A DNA stretch of 64,000 nucleotides from an uncultured Pseudomonadota bacterium (GTDB lineage Bacteria > Pseudomonadota > Gammaproteobacteria > Burkholderiales > JALYOK01), in assembly GCA_963840785.1 (NCBI GenBank), contig CAWJAF010000003.1:430125-494124 (forward strand), written 5' to 3'. This document shows positions 53,343 to 64,000 of the stretch, piece by piece. The translations under genes and the position numbers were made by a program. The notes beneath the pieces were generated by a model. It was not told the DNA's origin and did no database searches. It saw nothing but the letters and a program-made list of their open reading frames with translations. The number at the start of each line of letters is the position of its first letter. The stretch's first letter is position 1.

Positions 53343-56219
53343 TCATGTCAGTTCCCATTCGATGGTGAACAGCAATTGCTCGTGAACCTGCTGCTGCAAC
53401 TGCACCTCAAGCTGACCGATGAGATCGTTGCGCTGCACCTCGACCTCATCCTGCCGGGCGAAAAATTCGCGCCGCAATTTGCTGCGCTTGCTTTCAAGCT
53501 CACGCTGATGCTTTTGGTGAGCAAGTTTTTCTTCCAGCGTCGGTGAAGTCGCTGCCGTTCGGCGGACCTGCTTGATTTCGGCGTCAATTACCTTGATCTC
53601 TTGCTCAATTCCGAGCTTTAAATCGTCCGCCCAGGCATCCAGTTTCTCAACTTCCTGCTCGAAGTAGCCAAGGTTTCTCTGGTTAATCTCGCCCAGGAGG
53701 CGCTGCTTACGGGCTTCTGCGTCTGAAGCTAGTGCCTCGTTGCCAGCACTGAACAGGCTAGCTTGCTGCATGTGTGCCGGAAGCCGCAGCAATTTTTCTG
53801 GATCATCTTCGGCGAGTACCAAGACCTTCGGCCGTGGTTGCTGCCACGACCATCTGCTGCTCTTGCTGGCCCAGTGCATCGACGGTGATCAACTTGACCG
53901 TGAGCCATCCGCTTTGGCCGCGATAGGCCTTGAGGGTACTGACTGGCGTGCCGTAGCTTTCGTAATCGAAGACGACACGAGCGCCTGAGAGCTGATCGGG
54001 TTTTAGCTTGATCGATGATCCATGCGGCAAGCGGATGACCAATACGATAGAGATGACTTTCGCCGCTGCGCCGAGGTAGTTCGTACCGCCCCAGATCGAT
54101 GCCTTCAAGGTCGTTTCCTGGCGCGCGATTGAGATCGAAACCATCGCTATCAAAAACTGCACAGTCACCCAGTTCAGCCTCGGTGAGCTCCATCAGCATG
54201 CGTTCGTAGCGATTCCGTGTCACGCGACTGTCTTCAGCGCGGACCCGGAGTTTGTCCTGAACTTCCTCATCGAAGTTCTCCAGCAGCAGTTGTCGGGTCT
54301 TGACCATTGCTTCTGATATTTCGCCCGACAAGTCGAGCTGCAACTGCTCGAAGCTGGCTTTAATCGCTTCTGGTTCGCGACAGTTCTGGTAGATGTCGGC
54401 GATGCGGCGCTCGAAGTCAACGCCGGAACCGATTGCGCCAAGCACTTCATCGCTGGCGCCAAAAACACCCTCAAACAGTTGAAACTTTTGTGCCAGCAAT
54501 TCGTAGACGCGCGCATCGGCTTCATTGCTGCGGTCGACAAAATTGACCACCACTACGTCGAACTTCTGTCCGTATCGATGGCAGCGACCAATACGCTGCT
54601 CGATGCGCTGCGGATTCCACGGCAGATCGTAGTTAATGACCAAGCGAGCAAAACTGTAGATTGATGCCTTCCGCGCCCGCCTCGGTCGCGATCATGACGG
54701 TGCCGCGTTCCTGGAAATGCTCGACCAACGCCGCGCGCGTATCGGCTGTTTTGGAGCCAGAGATTTTGTCGGTACCTTTGTGCCGCACCAGCCAATCCTT
54801 GTAGACCGTTTGTGCGCGAGCGTCACTGTTTGTGCCGTTGAAGAGGACGATGCCCTCGCCGTAATGCGTGTCAGCCAGCAGCGACAACAGGTACTCTTGC
54901 GTGCGCCGGGACTCAGTGAAAATGATCGCTTTCTTGGGCGCGCCCAACCGCTCCAGTTCAGCGAATGCACGCTCCAGGGCTGTCAGAAGTGCTTTGCCCT
55001 TGGCGTTGTCGCGGATGTTGGTCGCCAGGGATTTGAAGTGCCGAAGCTCCTCAATTTCCTTAGCCACGGCATCGCGCTCATTTCTCGCTGAAGGTTCGTC
55101 GCCGGATTCCTCGTCATTCCACTCGTCGGCGGTTTCATCAAGCGACTCATAGTCTTCGTCCAACGCTTCGGCGAGGTCGGGAATATTCGCGGATGTCGTC
55201 GAGTACCCCTTGCAGGCGCTTGGCCATCGTTTCCAATGCACCAGCGATTGCGTGTGTTGACGACGCGAGCAACTTCCACAACACCAACGAGATCAGTTGC
55301 CGCTGCCCATCCGGCAACGCTTTTAGATTCGGGCGACGCAGATAATCGGCGACGAGGGTGGAGAGCTCGCGCTCCTCGGTTGACGGTGTAAATTCTTCAA
55401 CGATTGCGCGACGGGCCGTGTAGGGAACGTACTGCTGCACTTGCCGACGCAAGGTGCGCTTGCAGATTGGCGCAATACGGGAGCGCAGCGCGGCAAAGGA
55501 CTGCTCTCTGTTTTGCTGAGTGAATTGCGCACGAAAGCTGTCAAGATCACCGAACACACGGTCGTCGATCATGCTCACCAAACCGTAGAGTTCCAGCAAG
55601 CGAATTCTGCAGCGGAGTTGCCGTCAGGAGGACTTTCGAATGAACATGCGCGAGCGCTTCCTTGATCGTTTTGGCGATGACGTTGCTTGTCTTGTAAACG
55701 TTGCGCAGCCGGTGCGCCTCGTCGAGCACAACCAAATCCCAGTTGATGTCCTTAATGTCGGCAGCCTTGGCCTTTGCAAATTGGTACGAGCAGATTACAG
55801 GCCCGGTCGGCATCAAGAATGGGTTCCGGCTTTCCTGCTTACGGATTAGTGTTGTAGTTTTTGGCTTCAAGAATCAGGCTCTGCAGATTAAATTTGTCCT
55901 GCAATTCTTGATGCCATTGCTTGCGCAAATTGGCGGGAACGATGATCAATATGCGACGCCGACGTTCGGCCCAGCGCTGGGAGATCACAAGTCCAGCCTC
56001 GATGGTTTTCCCGAGGCCAACTTCGTCGGCCAGGATCACCCCGCGCGACAGCGGGTTCATGCATGCAAACAGCGCAGCCTCAACCTGATGCGGATTGAGG
56101 TCAACCTGCGAGTCCACTAAGGTGGACGCGAGCGATTCCACCGAATCACTCGCCGCGCGACGGGTGAGCAGCCACGCGTAGTATTGGCTTTGATAGGGCG
56201 TGAGTAGCTGTTGGGTCAT
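53343..56219 (-). CDS. SNF2-family helicase (frameshifted)
   Basis: LADEVGLGKTIEAG, DEAH, LTATPLQN, AGAEGINLQ, NYDLPWNP...EQRIGR. Confidence 0.92.
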
Positions 56220-56482
56220 GAGATCGCTTTGCGTTTTTTCTTGTTACGGTATCGCCGGCGTCAAATATCCGTCCCACGCGGGCATCCGCGAGAAACGCAG
56301 TAAATCCGCAGGTTATGGCAGCTTTTTCCCGCGCCGACTGAACTTTATCAGTTTACGACTTCCACGGGAATGGGGAACGTTTTGGACGGAAATTACCGCA
56401 CATCTGTAATGTGCGAAATCAATGGCCTTCGATAGCGGTTCAAGCCTGAATGGGTCTGGGCGATCAATTATGAAAATAATTA

Positions 56483-56875
56483 TTAATTTGAGAAAAGGAA
56501 CATCGAGTCGCGCGGACTTCCTGAATGTACCTTAGCTTTGCCCGACTTTACTTCTGACTGATGGTCTGAATAGCGATAAACCAACAGCGGCGCGCGATAA
56601 TCGTTACGCCAAGCCATTCCACGGTTGTGCGCAAGCAAGTGCGCGAGAACCGCGGATGAACTTCGTAGAGCGTTTTTTTTGAAGTGCCGTCCATATTCCG
56701 CTAACGATTTTGGAACATCAATGACAAAGCGCATTTTGGCTTCGGTCACAGTTGCGACGCGGTCAGTTTCCTGGAGCGTTTCAGCACAGCGTGAAAAAAC
56801 TTGCTGCGTCGTCGATTCAAGCCACGCTACCGCATATTTTGAGCAACCTGATTGCTCGGCGATCAAACCGAACAA
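56483..56875 (-). CDS. Hypothetical protein downstream of virB11 (start uncertain)
   Basis: ORF only. Confidence 0.3.
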   Translation of the reverse strand: MFGLIAEQSGCSKYAVAWLESTTQQVFSRCAETLQETDRVATVTEAKMRFVIDVPKSLAEYGRHFKKNALRSSSAVLAHLLAHNRGMAWRNDYRAPLLVYRYSDHQSEVKSGKAKVHSGSPRDSMFLFSN

Positions 56876-56946
56876 TTCAACTGCAAGCTCGCCTTCGTTG
56901 GGTTTCGGCGCGCGCGACTCCGCTTGTGCGCTAACAATTGCCAGCG

Positions 56947-57985
56947 CTAGCGATATCGCGACAAGCGCTTGGCGTATCGGAAGTGACGATTGGTTTTCGC
57001 GGCTTTTTCATAATAAATCTGCGATATGAATCGGTTCCCCGTTTCATCTTTGGTAAATTGCACGATGATCGGTACCGTGAGTTTGAGGTAAGCCATGATT
57101 TCCGGTTTGGTCATGGGCGTTCCGGCGCGCATGATCATCAGCGCCATTCGTTCCAACGCGAATTCGGGACTATCCGCGTGAACAGTCGTGAGCGAGCCAG
57201 GATGGCCAGAATTGATCGCTTCAAGGTACGTGAACGCTTCGACGCCACGAAGCTCGCCCATGATGATGCGGTTTGGTCGCAATCGTAGACACGCTTCCAG
57301 CAAATCTTGAGGCGTTACTTTCGCTTGACCCTGAGCGCCGCGTGATGCCAATAGATGCAAGTGCATTGGGCTGCTTCAATCGCACTTCGCGCGTGTCTTC
57401 GATGGTGATAATTCGTTCGCGCGGGTCAATCGCTTTGAGTGCCGCGTTCAAAAATGTCGTCTTGCCCGTATCGGTGCCGGCGGAAATGAGGATATTTTTT
57501 CGAGCGCGGATCGCTTCTTCAATGAAATCACGAAATCGCTGCTGTTGATAGGCTTCCAACATTCGCGTTTCCATGAGTTCTTCGTCTGCGGGGCGCGTAT
57601 TCACGTAAGCAAACGCGTTTCGTCCCTCGTACCAATCAAGATCGACGTCAAGCATGGACGGCTTGCGAATGGACATGCCAATCAACCCAGGTTCGACGGC
57701 GGGTGTGCGAATCACTTGAATGCGAAACCCTTCCGGCGTCTTCGCCGAAAGCAAAGGATGTTCGGCGGTTACTTCTTGATCGCTGTATTGGGCAATAAGT
57801 TGCGCCAGCGTATCCAGCCGATTGAGATCAAGCTCGGGAACCGAGTGCGATTCCATGTAAGGATGGCCTTGCCGGGCAAGCCATACTTCTTGCGGCCGGT
57901 TAATGGAAATTTCGGTTACATCGTCCTGAGCAAAGAATGGCTCAAGCGGGCGAAGGTGGGTCCGAACCGCGACATCGCTTCTCAT
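56947..57985 (-). CDS. virB11: VirB11 traffic ATPase (frameshifted)
   Basis: EISINRP, GTDTGKTT, IEDTRE, LRLRP.RII.GELRG, SGHPG..TT.HA. Confidence 0.92.
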
Positions 57986-59411
57986 CGAATCACAGTGGCT
58001 GACGGTTGCGTTGACGCCGGCTGATTCGCATAGACATGGGAGAAATCCAAGTCCCGGTTCACGAAAATCTTAATCGCCTCGCCCTGGTTCACATGAATGG
58101 TCGGTGCAATTTGCGCGTAGGGCGAGAGCACCTGTTGCGACGTTTGCGCAAAACTCTGTTGGATCGCCTGCCGATAGGCGGTAGCAGAATTCGGTTGGTC
58201 GCCGGCATTCACGCCATAACTTGACGCGCCAGCGCCGATGATCGACAACATGGCGGAAACGCCGAAAATTTCGAGATAGTGGTTATCAACTTCACCGCCT
58301 ATCCCGGCGCGGCCAAGCGAATCAGTGCCGGGCGAATCGAGCTGAATGTCGATGCCGTTCGGCGCGATTGCGCGCTGCCAAATCACAAAAACGCGCACTT
58401 GTCCTTTTCGAACCGCGGAATTGTATTGGCCGATAAGCCGTGTTTTTACCGGCAGCATCACTGCACGCCCGGATTCAGCGTAGACATCGTTACTGGTCGA
58501 GCAACGCAGCTGACCCGGCAAGTCCGATTGAATCGCGGTTTCAAGCACACAGTCGATTATCTTGCCTTGCAATACCGTGTAGGCAAGGTGGCGCAATCGA
58601 TTCGCGCTGGCGACATTGCGACTTCGTTCCGATTTTTCCATGAAAAATCGCTCGTTCGGATCATTCGTGGAAGCACTCCCACGATCTGCGAATTTGGACA
58701 AATCTCCGGTTGGTAGAAAGCTTCCCGGCGGGTTTGATTCGGGAAATGTTTCTTGGCTCTTCGCCGTGGCTTCAACAACGCCTTCTCCAAAATTCGTATC
58801 GCGCAGAACCGGAAATGCGCCATCGCTCGAATTCGTTTGAATCCCGTTCGGTTCGACGAGATTTGCGGACGCGGCGTGAAACGAGCCTTGTCCACCCGCA
58901 ATGATGATCGCGGACTTGATTCGGGCAAGACGTAATGCTTCTTCACGTTTACGCCTTTCTTCAATTTCCTTATGACGTTCTAAATCTTCCCGGGTTGGCG
59001 TTGGCGGTTCGGCATCAAAATTTTGAGAATCCGCAATGGGTTCCTTGGGCGGTTCGTCCTCCTTACCGGGTACGACTTTCGCGTGCGGCTTTGTGGACTC
59101 GAATACTGCTGGCTTTTCAGTATCGCGCGAATTTTTCTTGGAACCGTCGGAAGTGATTGCGAAATACATGCCGACGCCACAGAGAATCAAGAAACTCAGT
59201 AGCAGCCATGGATTTCGCCCGCCTTCGCGCGAGCCCGGGGACTTGGCGGCAAACTGGCGATCGAGGCCAGTCGGCGAATCCGAATTACTTTCTTCGCGAT
59301 GCTGGGTTACCGATTTTCGTCATGTTCTGCCGGATTCTGTTCGGATTGCTGTTCATCTTCCGGTGGCTCAGTTGAGACGGTTTGATCTAGCGCTAAGGAT
59401 GATGTTGCCAT
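57982..59411 (-). CDS. virB10: VirB10/TrbI (frameshift near the 5' end)
   Basis: G.IIDCVLETAI.SDLPG, D.LGRAG..G.VDNH, PTI.V.QG..I.IFV.RDLDF. Confidence 0.92.
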
Positions 59412-59424
59412 GACGTCACCGATC

Positions 59425-60228
59425 TCAGTTTTGATTGAGATCGCGCTTCTTTGCGACGAAATCGGTATCGGGAAACGGCTTGTTGCGATTGAACAGACAG
59501 GCGACGACGGAACCATTGCGCAAAGTGAATTGACTTGCTACCCGCTCAATGACGACGTATTGGCCTTCGACGCGGCTGTTTACTAAACTCTCTTTGCCTT
59601 CGCGATCGACTGCGAACACTGCCGGAACATCAACGCTGCCGGCAAATTGCAAGTAGGTAAATTGCCCGTCATCAAATGCCCGTACCAGCGAGATTTCTTT
59701 GCTTCCCGAGATTTGATAGTTGAAATTGAAGTCCGTGGGGGCTTTTGACGACGGTCCCGCCGGTTTGCTTTCAACGTCGTTGTTGCGCGACGTCGTTGGT
59801 GTCGGTGTGGTAATCCCGGTGTCGCCGTATACGAAGCGTACGGTGTACGTCAGCGCTTCCTTCGCCTTGTTTTTCGACGCTACGAGATTGAAATAGTAGA
59901 AGCGTTTGTTGGTCGTGACCGTCAAATTCGTCGCAGTGTCAGGCTCGACGGGTTTCAGAAACAGCCGTGAACCCATTGGCACCGCTTGCCAAGCGATCGA
60001 ATCGCCGATCGCGACCAATTTGATTTCTTCGCTTTCAGAAAACTCGATGACGGTTTGGTAGCCGTACGTTCCGACGATCTCGTAGACTTCGTTGGCACTG
60101 TAAGCCACTTGTCGAATGCGAACGTCGGTTGCAATGGGGCGCGGCGTCTTGTCCGCGAAGGCGACTGTCGAAAAGATTCCACTGCAAATGGCGATGACTG
60201 ATAGCGCAAATGAGAATGGGCATCTCAT
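59425..60228 (-). CDS. virB9: VirB9/TrbG
   Basis: Signal peptide, DVRIR, GDS.AW, LFLKP, TNL.V.T, FDDG.FTY. Confidence 0.92.
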   Translation of the reverse strand: MRCPFSFALSVIAICSGIFSTVAFADKTPRPIATDVRIRQVAYSANEVYEIVGTYGYQTVIEFSESEEIKLVAIGDSIAWQAVPMGSRLFLKPVEPDTATNLTVTTNKRFYYFNLVASKNKAKEALTYTVRFVYGDTGITTPTPTTSRNNDVESKPAGPSSKAPTDFNFNYQISGSKEISLVRAFDDGQFTYLQFAGSVDVPAVFAVDREGKESLVNSRVEGQYVVIERVASQFTLRNGSVVACLFNRNKPFPDTDFVAKKRDLNQN

Positions 60229-60242
60229 TTCACCCTCCGAAC

Positions 60243-60942
60243 TTAAGACTTAGCCGATTCTTGATCCAACCGGAAATTGATCACCTGGAATCCAAGCGGG
60301 TTTTCGAATCGTTGTTGGATTTCCAAGGGCACATTGGTAAAGCGATAGCGAATAACTGCCACCCAGAATTTCTCGGCTTCTGTTTCAGTGCCATTACGTT
60401 TGAGCGTCGTCGATAGGCGTACTTGCGCGGTGTCTTTACTCAATGGCGATACTGACAAGACATGGACGTTGCGAATGGTTGAAGTCTTGTAAATATTCGC
60501 TGGGCTGGTCGGGTTGTTGTTGGAAATTTCGTTCTCGAACTCATTTCCCGGCTTGTGGCGCCGTCATGACGCGAACGATGTCGTAGTTGCGGTTTAGGTC
60601 GACGGTTGGATCGTAGGTAAGACGGGCGATTGCGTAGCGGTACAAATAGCTCTGAACAATCGCTTCGTTTTGCGTGAGCTGGGCGCCGTCGTCATACTGC
60701 TGCACCGAGGTTACTAAACCCATTCTTGAATCGACCGTCACGACAACCGGCTTTAATGTACGTAACGGCAGCAAATACCAGACCGCCCCGACGGCTGCGG
60801 CGGCGATTACGCCAAACACGATCGCCAACACAAAATACCGGCTGGCGCGAACGACTGCCATTCGATACTGGTCATGGAACCAGGCGGCCGCTTCAGGATC
60901 GCCCGAGTAGGTTTTAGCGCCTTTCATCGCCAGACTACTCAT
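60243..60942 (-). CDS. virB8: VirB8 (frameshifted)
   Basis: TM segment, LPL...P....VD, R..YD, NPLGFQV. Confidence 0.88.
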
Positions 60943-61893
60943 TTCTTGCCCCCCGGATTGCCGCCTGGTTTTCCTCGCCGGGCGCGGTACCACGCGCGCG
61001 CCTTGCCGCCCAATTTGAATGCGCGCTTGGCGGCCCATCGGCTACTGAGAAATCCGCCGGCCGTCATTGCCATCGGTGCGCCGCCGGTTGTGAGACCAAG
61101 GCCGCCGGAAAGACCCGCCGCCATATTCGGTACTTGCATCAAGACGACGAGCGTGATTACGCCAAATAAGAAAAATCCCGGCACATCGGCGAATGTCATT
61201 TTTCCGCTCGCCGCCGCTACGGCTAGTTGGTCAGTATAGGATTTCATGATTCTCAACACGAGATGCAGTAGCGAAAACGTGAGTATCGGCACAAGTGCAT
61301 AGTTGACCAGCGAATTGACCCAGCTAGAAAACAAAGTCCGCGTGGTATTGAACAGATAGAGGACGAGAAATATCGCGCCAATCGCCAAAATAATTGCGAT
61401 CGCGAATTTGGAAAGGATCAGCAGGAAAAGCGCGTAACCGACGGTCACAACCGTCAGCAGGATAACCAAGAGGCCGATAGAATATTTGTGCAAGGTCGAA
61501 CCAATTGCGAGGCTTCGAAAATTTTATTCGCCGCTTTGAATCCAGTATCAAACACATTATCCAAGCCAGTTCTTGACGTATCGCCGCCCGTGAGCGAGGC
61601 GATAAACGAATCAGGGCCGTTTACAAACACGTCGTAGAAAAACATATGAAACCACCCCCAACTAGTTGCCACTGCGAACACAATCGCCATTTTCAGGACG
61701 TGTTTCCAAGCATCGGATAAAGTCGTCTCGATCCAGTTGTTGAGCACGCACCAGCCGTAGATCGCGATGTACAGAATCAAGCGCCGCGCGAATCGCGCCC
61801 ATGTGAGAGCCGAACAATGGCACTCCAAGCCCCGGACGTGTAGCCGACGATCACGGTATCCGTCTTCGTCAAGATGTCGGTGGCAAAGCCCAT
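60939..61893 (-). CDS. virB6: VirB6 (frameshifted)
   Basis: Polytopic membrane protein, F..TR.LF.SW, QVP.MA.GL.GG; position in operon. Confidence 0.85.
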
Positions 61894-61899
61894 TTCTCA

Positions 61900-62242
61900 C
61901 TACTTGGTCGGCTCGGATTTCAACGCCAGGTACCGATCTTTGACGCGTAGATCTTGGATATGTTCGAACGTGACGTTCTCCGCGATACCCGCGCCGACAG
62001 CAAGCTTTTGCGCTTTCTCCAAACAGATGCGCCGCTCGCTTTCCTCTTCGCCTTTGACTTTTGTTGCAGTGGAGAAGGTCTTCGCCGCTTTTTCATAGTC
62101 TGGCCAAACAATCGAAATACGGCGGCGACGCTGAGTTTAAATTGCCCCTCCGTCGCATCGAGCAAAGGGTTGTCGGATTTCTGCGTACACGCGGCGAGAA
62201 CAAACGCGGCGCAATGACAGTGATCAGTCGAATCATGTCCAT
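61900..62242 (-). CDS. Small lipoprotein, possible entry exclusion (frameshifted)
   Basis: RBS GGAGG, LAAC lipobox, located between virB5 and virB6. Confidence 0.45.
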
Positions 62243-62387
62243 AGCCGATTTACCTCCCTAGTTTCACATGGGCTTCCTGTACCGGCGACGCATGGTGATT
62301 TCAGTTCATGTGCCGTAGTACAACTTACAACTGTGGCGACACAAAACAGTGCCAGAAATATTTTGACCATCGCAGCTCCTCGCAGGT

Positions 62388-63074
62388 TCATCGACCGAAA
62401 TTGAAGAATTCGGTACGCGCTGCCGTCGCTTGATTGCCCATGTTTTGCGCATTCGCCGATAGATTGGTTTGGATCGTATTGAGGCGTGCCATCTCGACGT
62501 TGAGATAAGCATTTTCTGCCAGCAACCGATTGCCAAGGTCTTGCGCCGCTTTGACGTTACCTGTGCTTTCAATCTGCGCTTGCAGCCCCTCGATATTCTT
62601 CAGTCGTTCGGCAATGCTGTCGTATAGCGCCTCCACCGCCGCGAACGCGCCGCGTGTCGCGTCCGTACTCAATTTGTAGCTGTGGTAAGCGCGAGAGTCC
62701 GTGTCTTTGCCAAGCACTTTGTAAACAATCGGATCAAGCGTCTTCAGCAATTTTTCATAGAAATCCTGCTTGGATGCGAATTTGCCGGAACGCTGCATGG
62801 ATACGACTTCCTGCCAACTTCCGGGCACCCAGCGCCGGTTTGCATTGTTATTGAATTGATTGCCGAACCCATAGTTGCCGGTGATCGCTTCGTATTGTTG
62901 CTTAAGCTGATCGTATTGCTGTTTCAGCATTTGGTACTCTTTGATCATTTGCAGAAACTGCTGCATCTGTTGAGCGAGATTGGCGCCATCGGTTACCGGA
63001 ATTTGCGCGTTGGCCGCGTTTGCGGAAAATAGAATTCCAACGACAACGATAATTCGAACAAGTAAGTTTTTCAT
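62388..63074 (-). CDS. virB5: VirB5 minor pilin
   Basis: Signal peptide, QIPVTD, QYEAITG..G, K.AQDL..R. Confidence 0.88.
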   Translation of the reverse strand: MKNLLVRIIVVVGILFSANAANAQIPVTDGANLAQQMQQFLQMIKEYQMLKQQYDQLKQQYEAITGNYGFGNQFNNNANRRWVPGSWQEVVSMQRSGKFASKQDFYEKLLKTLDPIVYKVLGKDTDSRAYHSYKLSTDATRGAFAAVEALYDSIAERLKNIEGLQAQIESTGNVKAAQDLGNRLLAENAYLNVEMARLNTIQTNLSANAQNMGNQATAARTEFFNFGR

Positions 63075-64000
63075 GCCGAGGTCCTTTCTAAAAATGGCTG
63101 CAACCAAACATCGGGATCGTCCGACCCAAACTCTTCGATCAAGCTATGTAGGATTTGCACGTTGGTCGTTGTGCCAGACAAAATGGGAATGAAGTGCCGC
63201 AATTCGGACAAGTCGAGTTTGGCGAGCACAGAATCTTTTCCGTGCTTGATCAAAAATACGCGCTCGCTCGGATTAAGCGTTCGGATGATTTCAAACTCGC
63301 CATCGCTTAGACTGAATTGGTCAACATAGCTCGCGCGGTCGGCTTTCTCGTTCGCCATGAAAATCTTCGTCGCCGTCTGTTTCACCAAATTGTCCGAACC
63401 ATACTTGTAGGTCGCGGCGAGATCAGGTGTGACGAAGACGACCATGCCGTTTCGCTTACGCAATGTCGTGAGCCAGTCGTCGAGCATCGGCGGGAAATAG
63501 GGATTGCGGATTAACTTGGCGCCTTCTTCCAGAACGATGATTACCGGCTGGCCATCCAGCACCATCTGAATTCGATGAAACAAATACGCAACGACCGGCG
63601 CGCAGGCGTTGTCGTCATTGATGATTTGCCCCATTTCAAAACCATACAGCCGGTTCGAGAATCCCAAAACGTCTTCATCGTTGTCGAAAAGCGCTGCATA
63701 ACGTCCCGCGCCGTACCAGTTCGTTAGCCGCCCGCCGAGACGGCCCGGGCTTTTTAGGCCGAAGAACTCGGAAACGTGCTCAAGCTTGCGGTCGGAAATG
63801 TCGAGCGAATAGTTGCCTTCAACGGCTTGCTTGATGACTTCGATATCTTCCGCAGTTAGGCTTTCGCCGAATGCCGTTAGCAACAATCCGAACCACTTGT
63901 TCAGAAAATCCCGATTGGTCGGCGTGTCCGGCAATTGCAAGGGATTGAATCCAGTTTTCTTGCCAAGCGAGATCATCGAATGCACGCCGCGCATCGCGCG
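63071..64000 (-). CDS. virB4: VirB4 ATPase, 3' part (runs off the window)
   Basis: GFNPLQLPDT, YLFHRI, EEG, TLRKRNG, Q..TKIF.AN, LDLS....LSG. Confidence 0.9.
   Translation of the reverse strand, partial: RAMRGVHSMISLGKKTGFNPLQLPDTPTNRDFLNKWFGLLLTAFGESLTAEDIEVIKQAVEGNYSLDISDRKLEHVSEFFGLKSPGRLGGRLTNWYGAGRYAALFDNDEDVLGFSNRLYGFEMGQIINDDNACAPVVAYLFHRIQMVLDGQPVIIVLEEGAKLIRNPYFPPMLDDWLTTLRKRNGMVVFVTPDLAATYKYGSDNLVKQTATKIFMANEKADRASYVDQFSLSDGEFEIIRTLNPSERVFLIKHGKDSVLAKLDLSELRHFIPILSGTTTNVQILHSLIEEFGSDDPDVWLQPFLERTSA

Noticed and set aside
43407-56219. DISARM, BREX or Druantia system
   Set aside because: An SNF2 helicase and adenine methylase are present, but no DrmA/B/C, PglZ/BrxC or DruE-like genes were recognised; mod/res motifs fit type III R-M.
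1-64000. tRNA, rRNA, CRISPR arrays, retron or other RT genes
   Set aside because: None recognised by eye; tRNAscan and Rfam searches were not run.

Overview
Mosaic 64-kb window, probably from a betaproteobacterium (inferred from gene content and a Gallionellales/Nitrosomonadales-type LexA box). Many genes are broken by single-base indels that look like long-read assembly errors. 0.1-19 kb: two near-identical direct IS5-family copies enclose a DUF5666 lipoprotein, a cupin, a secreted-protein/type I secretion cluster (FGE-sulfatase-domain protein, HlyD, ABC, RTX, FG-GAP), metabolic genes and a truncated phoX. 19-31 kb: hydrolase/regulator cluster. One hydrolase is split by an IS21 (AAGG target duplication), whose istA is in turn split by a 3.3-kb large-serine-recombinase (LSR) element. 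Circularising that element in silico at its AAAGC core supplies the start codon its DUF5372-like gene lacks when integrated; this is the most novel signal found. 31-64 kb: a MOBF/VirB-type conjugative element with a leading region (SRAP, LexA-like, candidate sRNA, dinB, long ssDNA-promoter-like hairpin, ssb), an F/R388-like oriT, trwABC-like genes, a ~15-kb co-oriented defence cluster (SNF2, DUF2130, SIR2-HerA, type III mod, DUF1016, res, NERD, Mrr) and virB11-virB4 running off the right edge. Family names come from motif recognition, not database searches.
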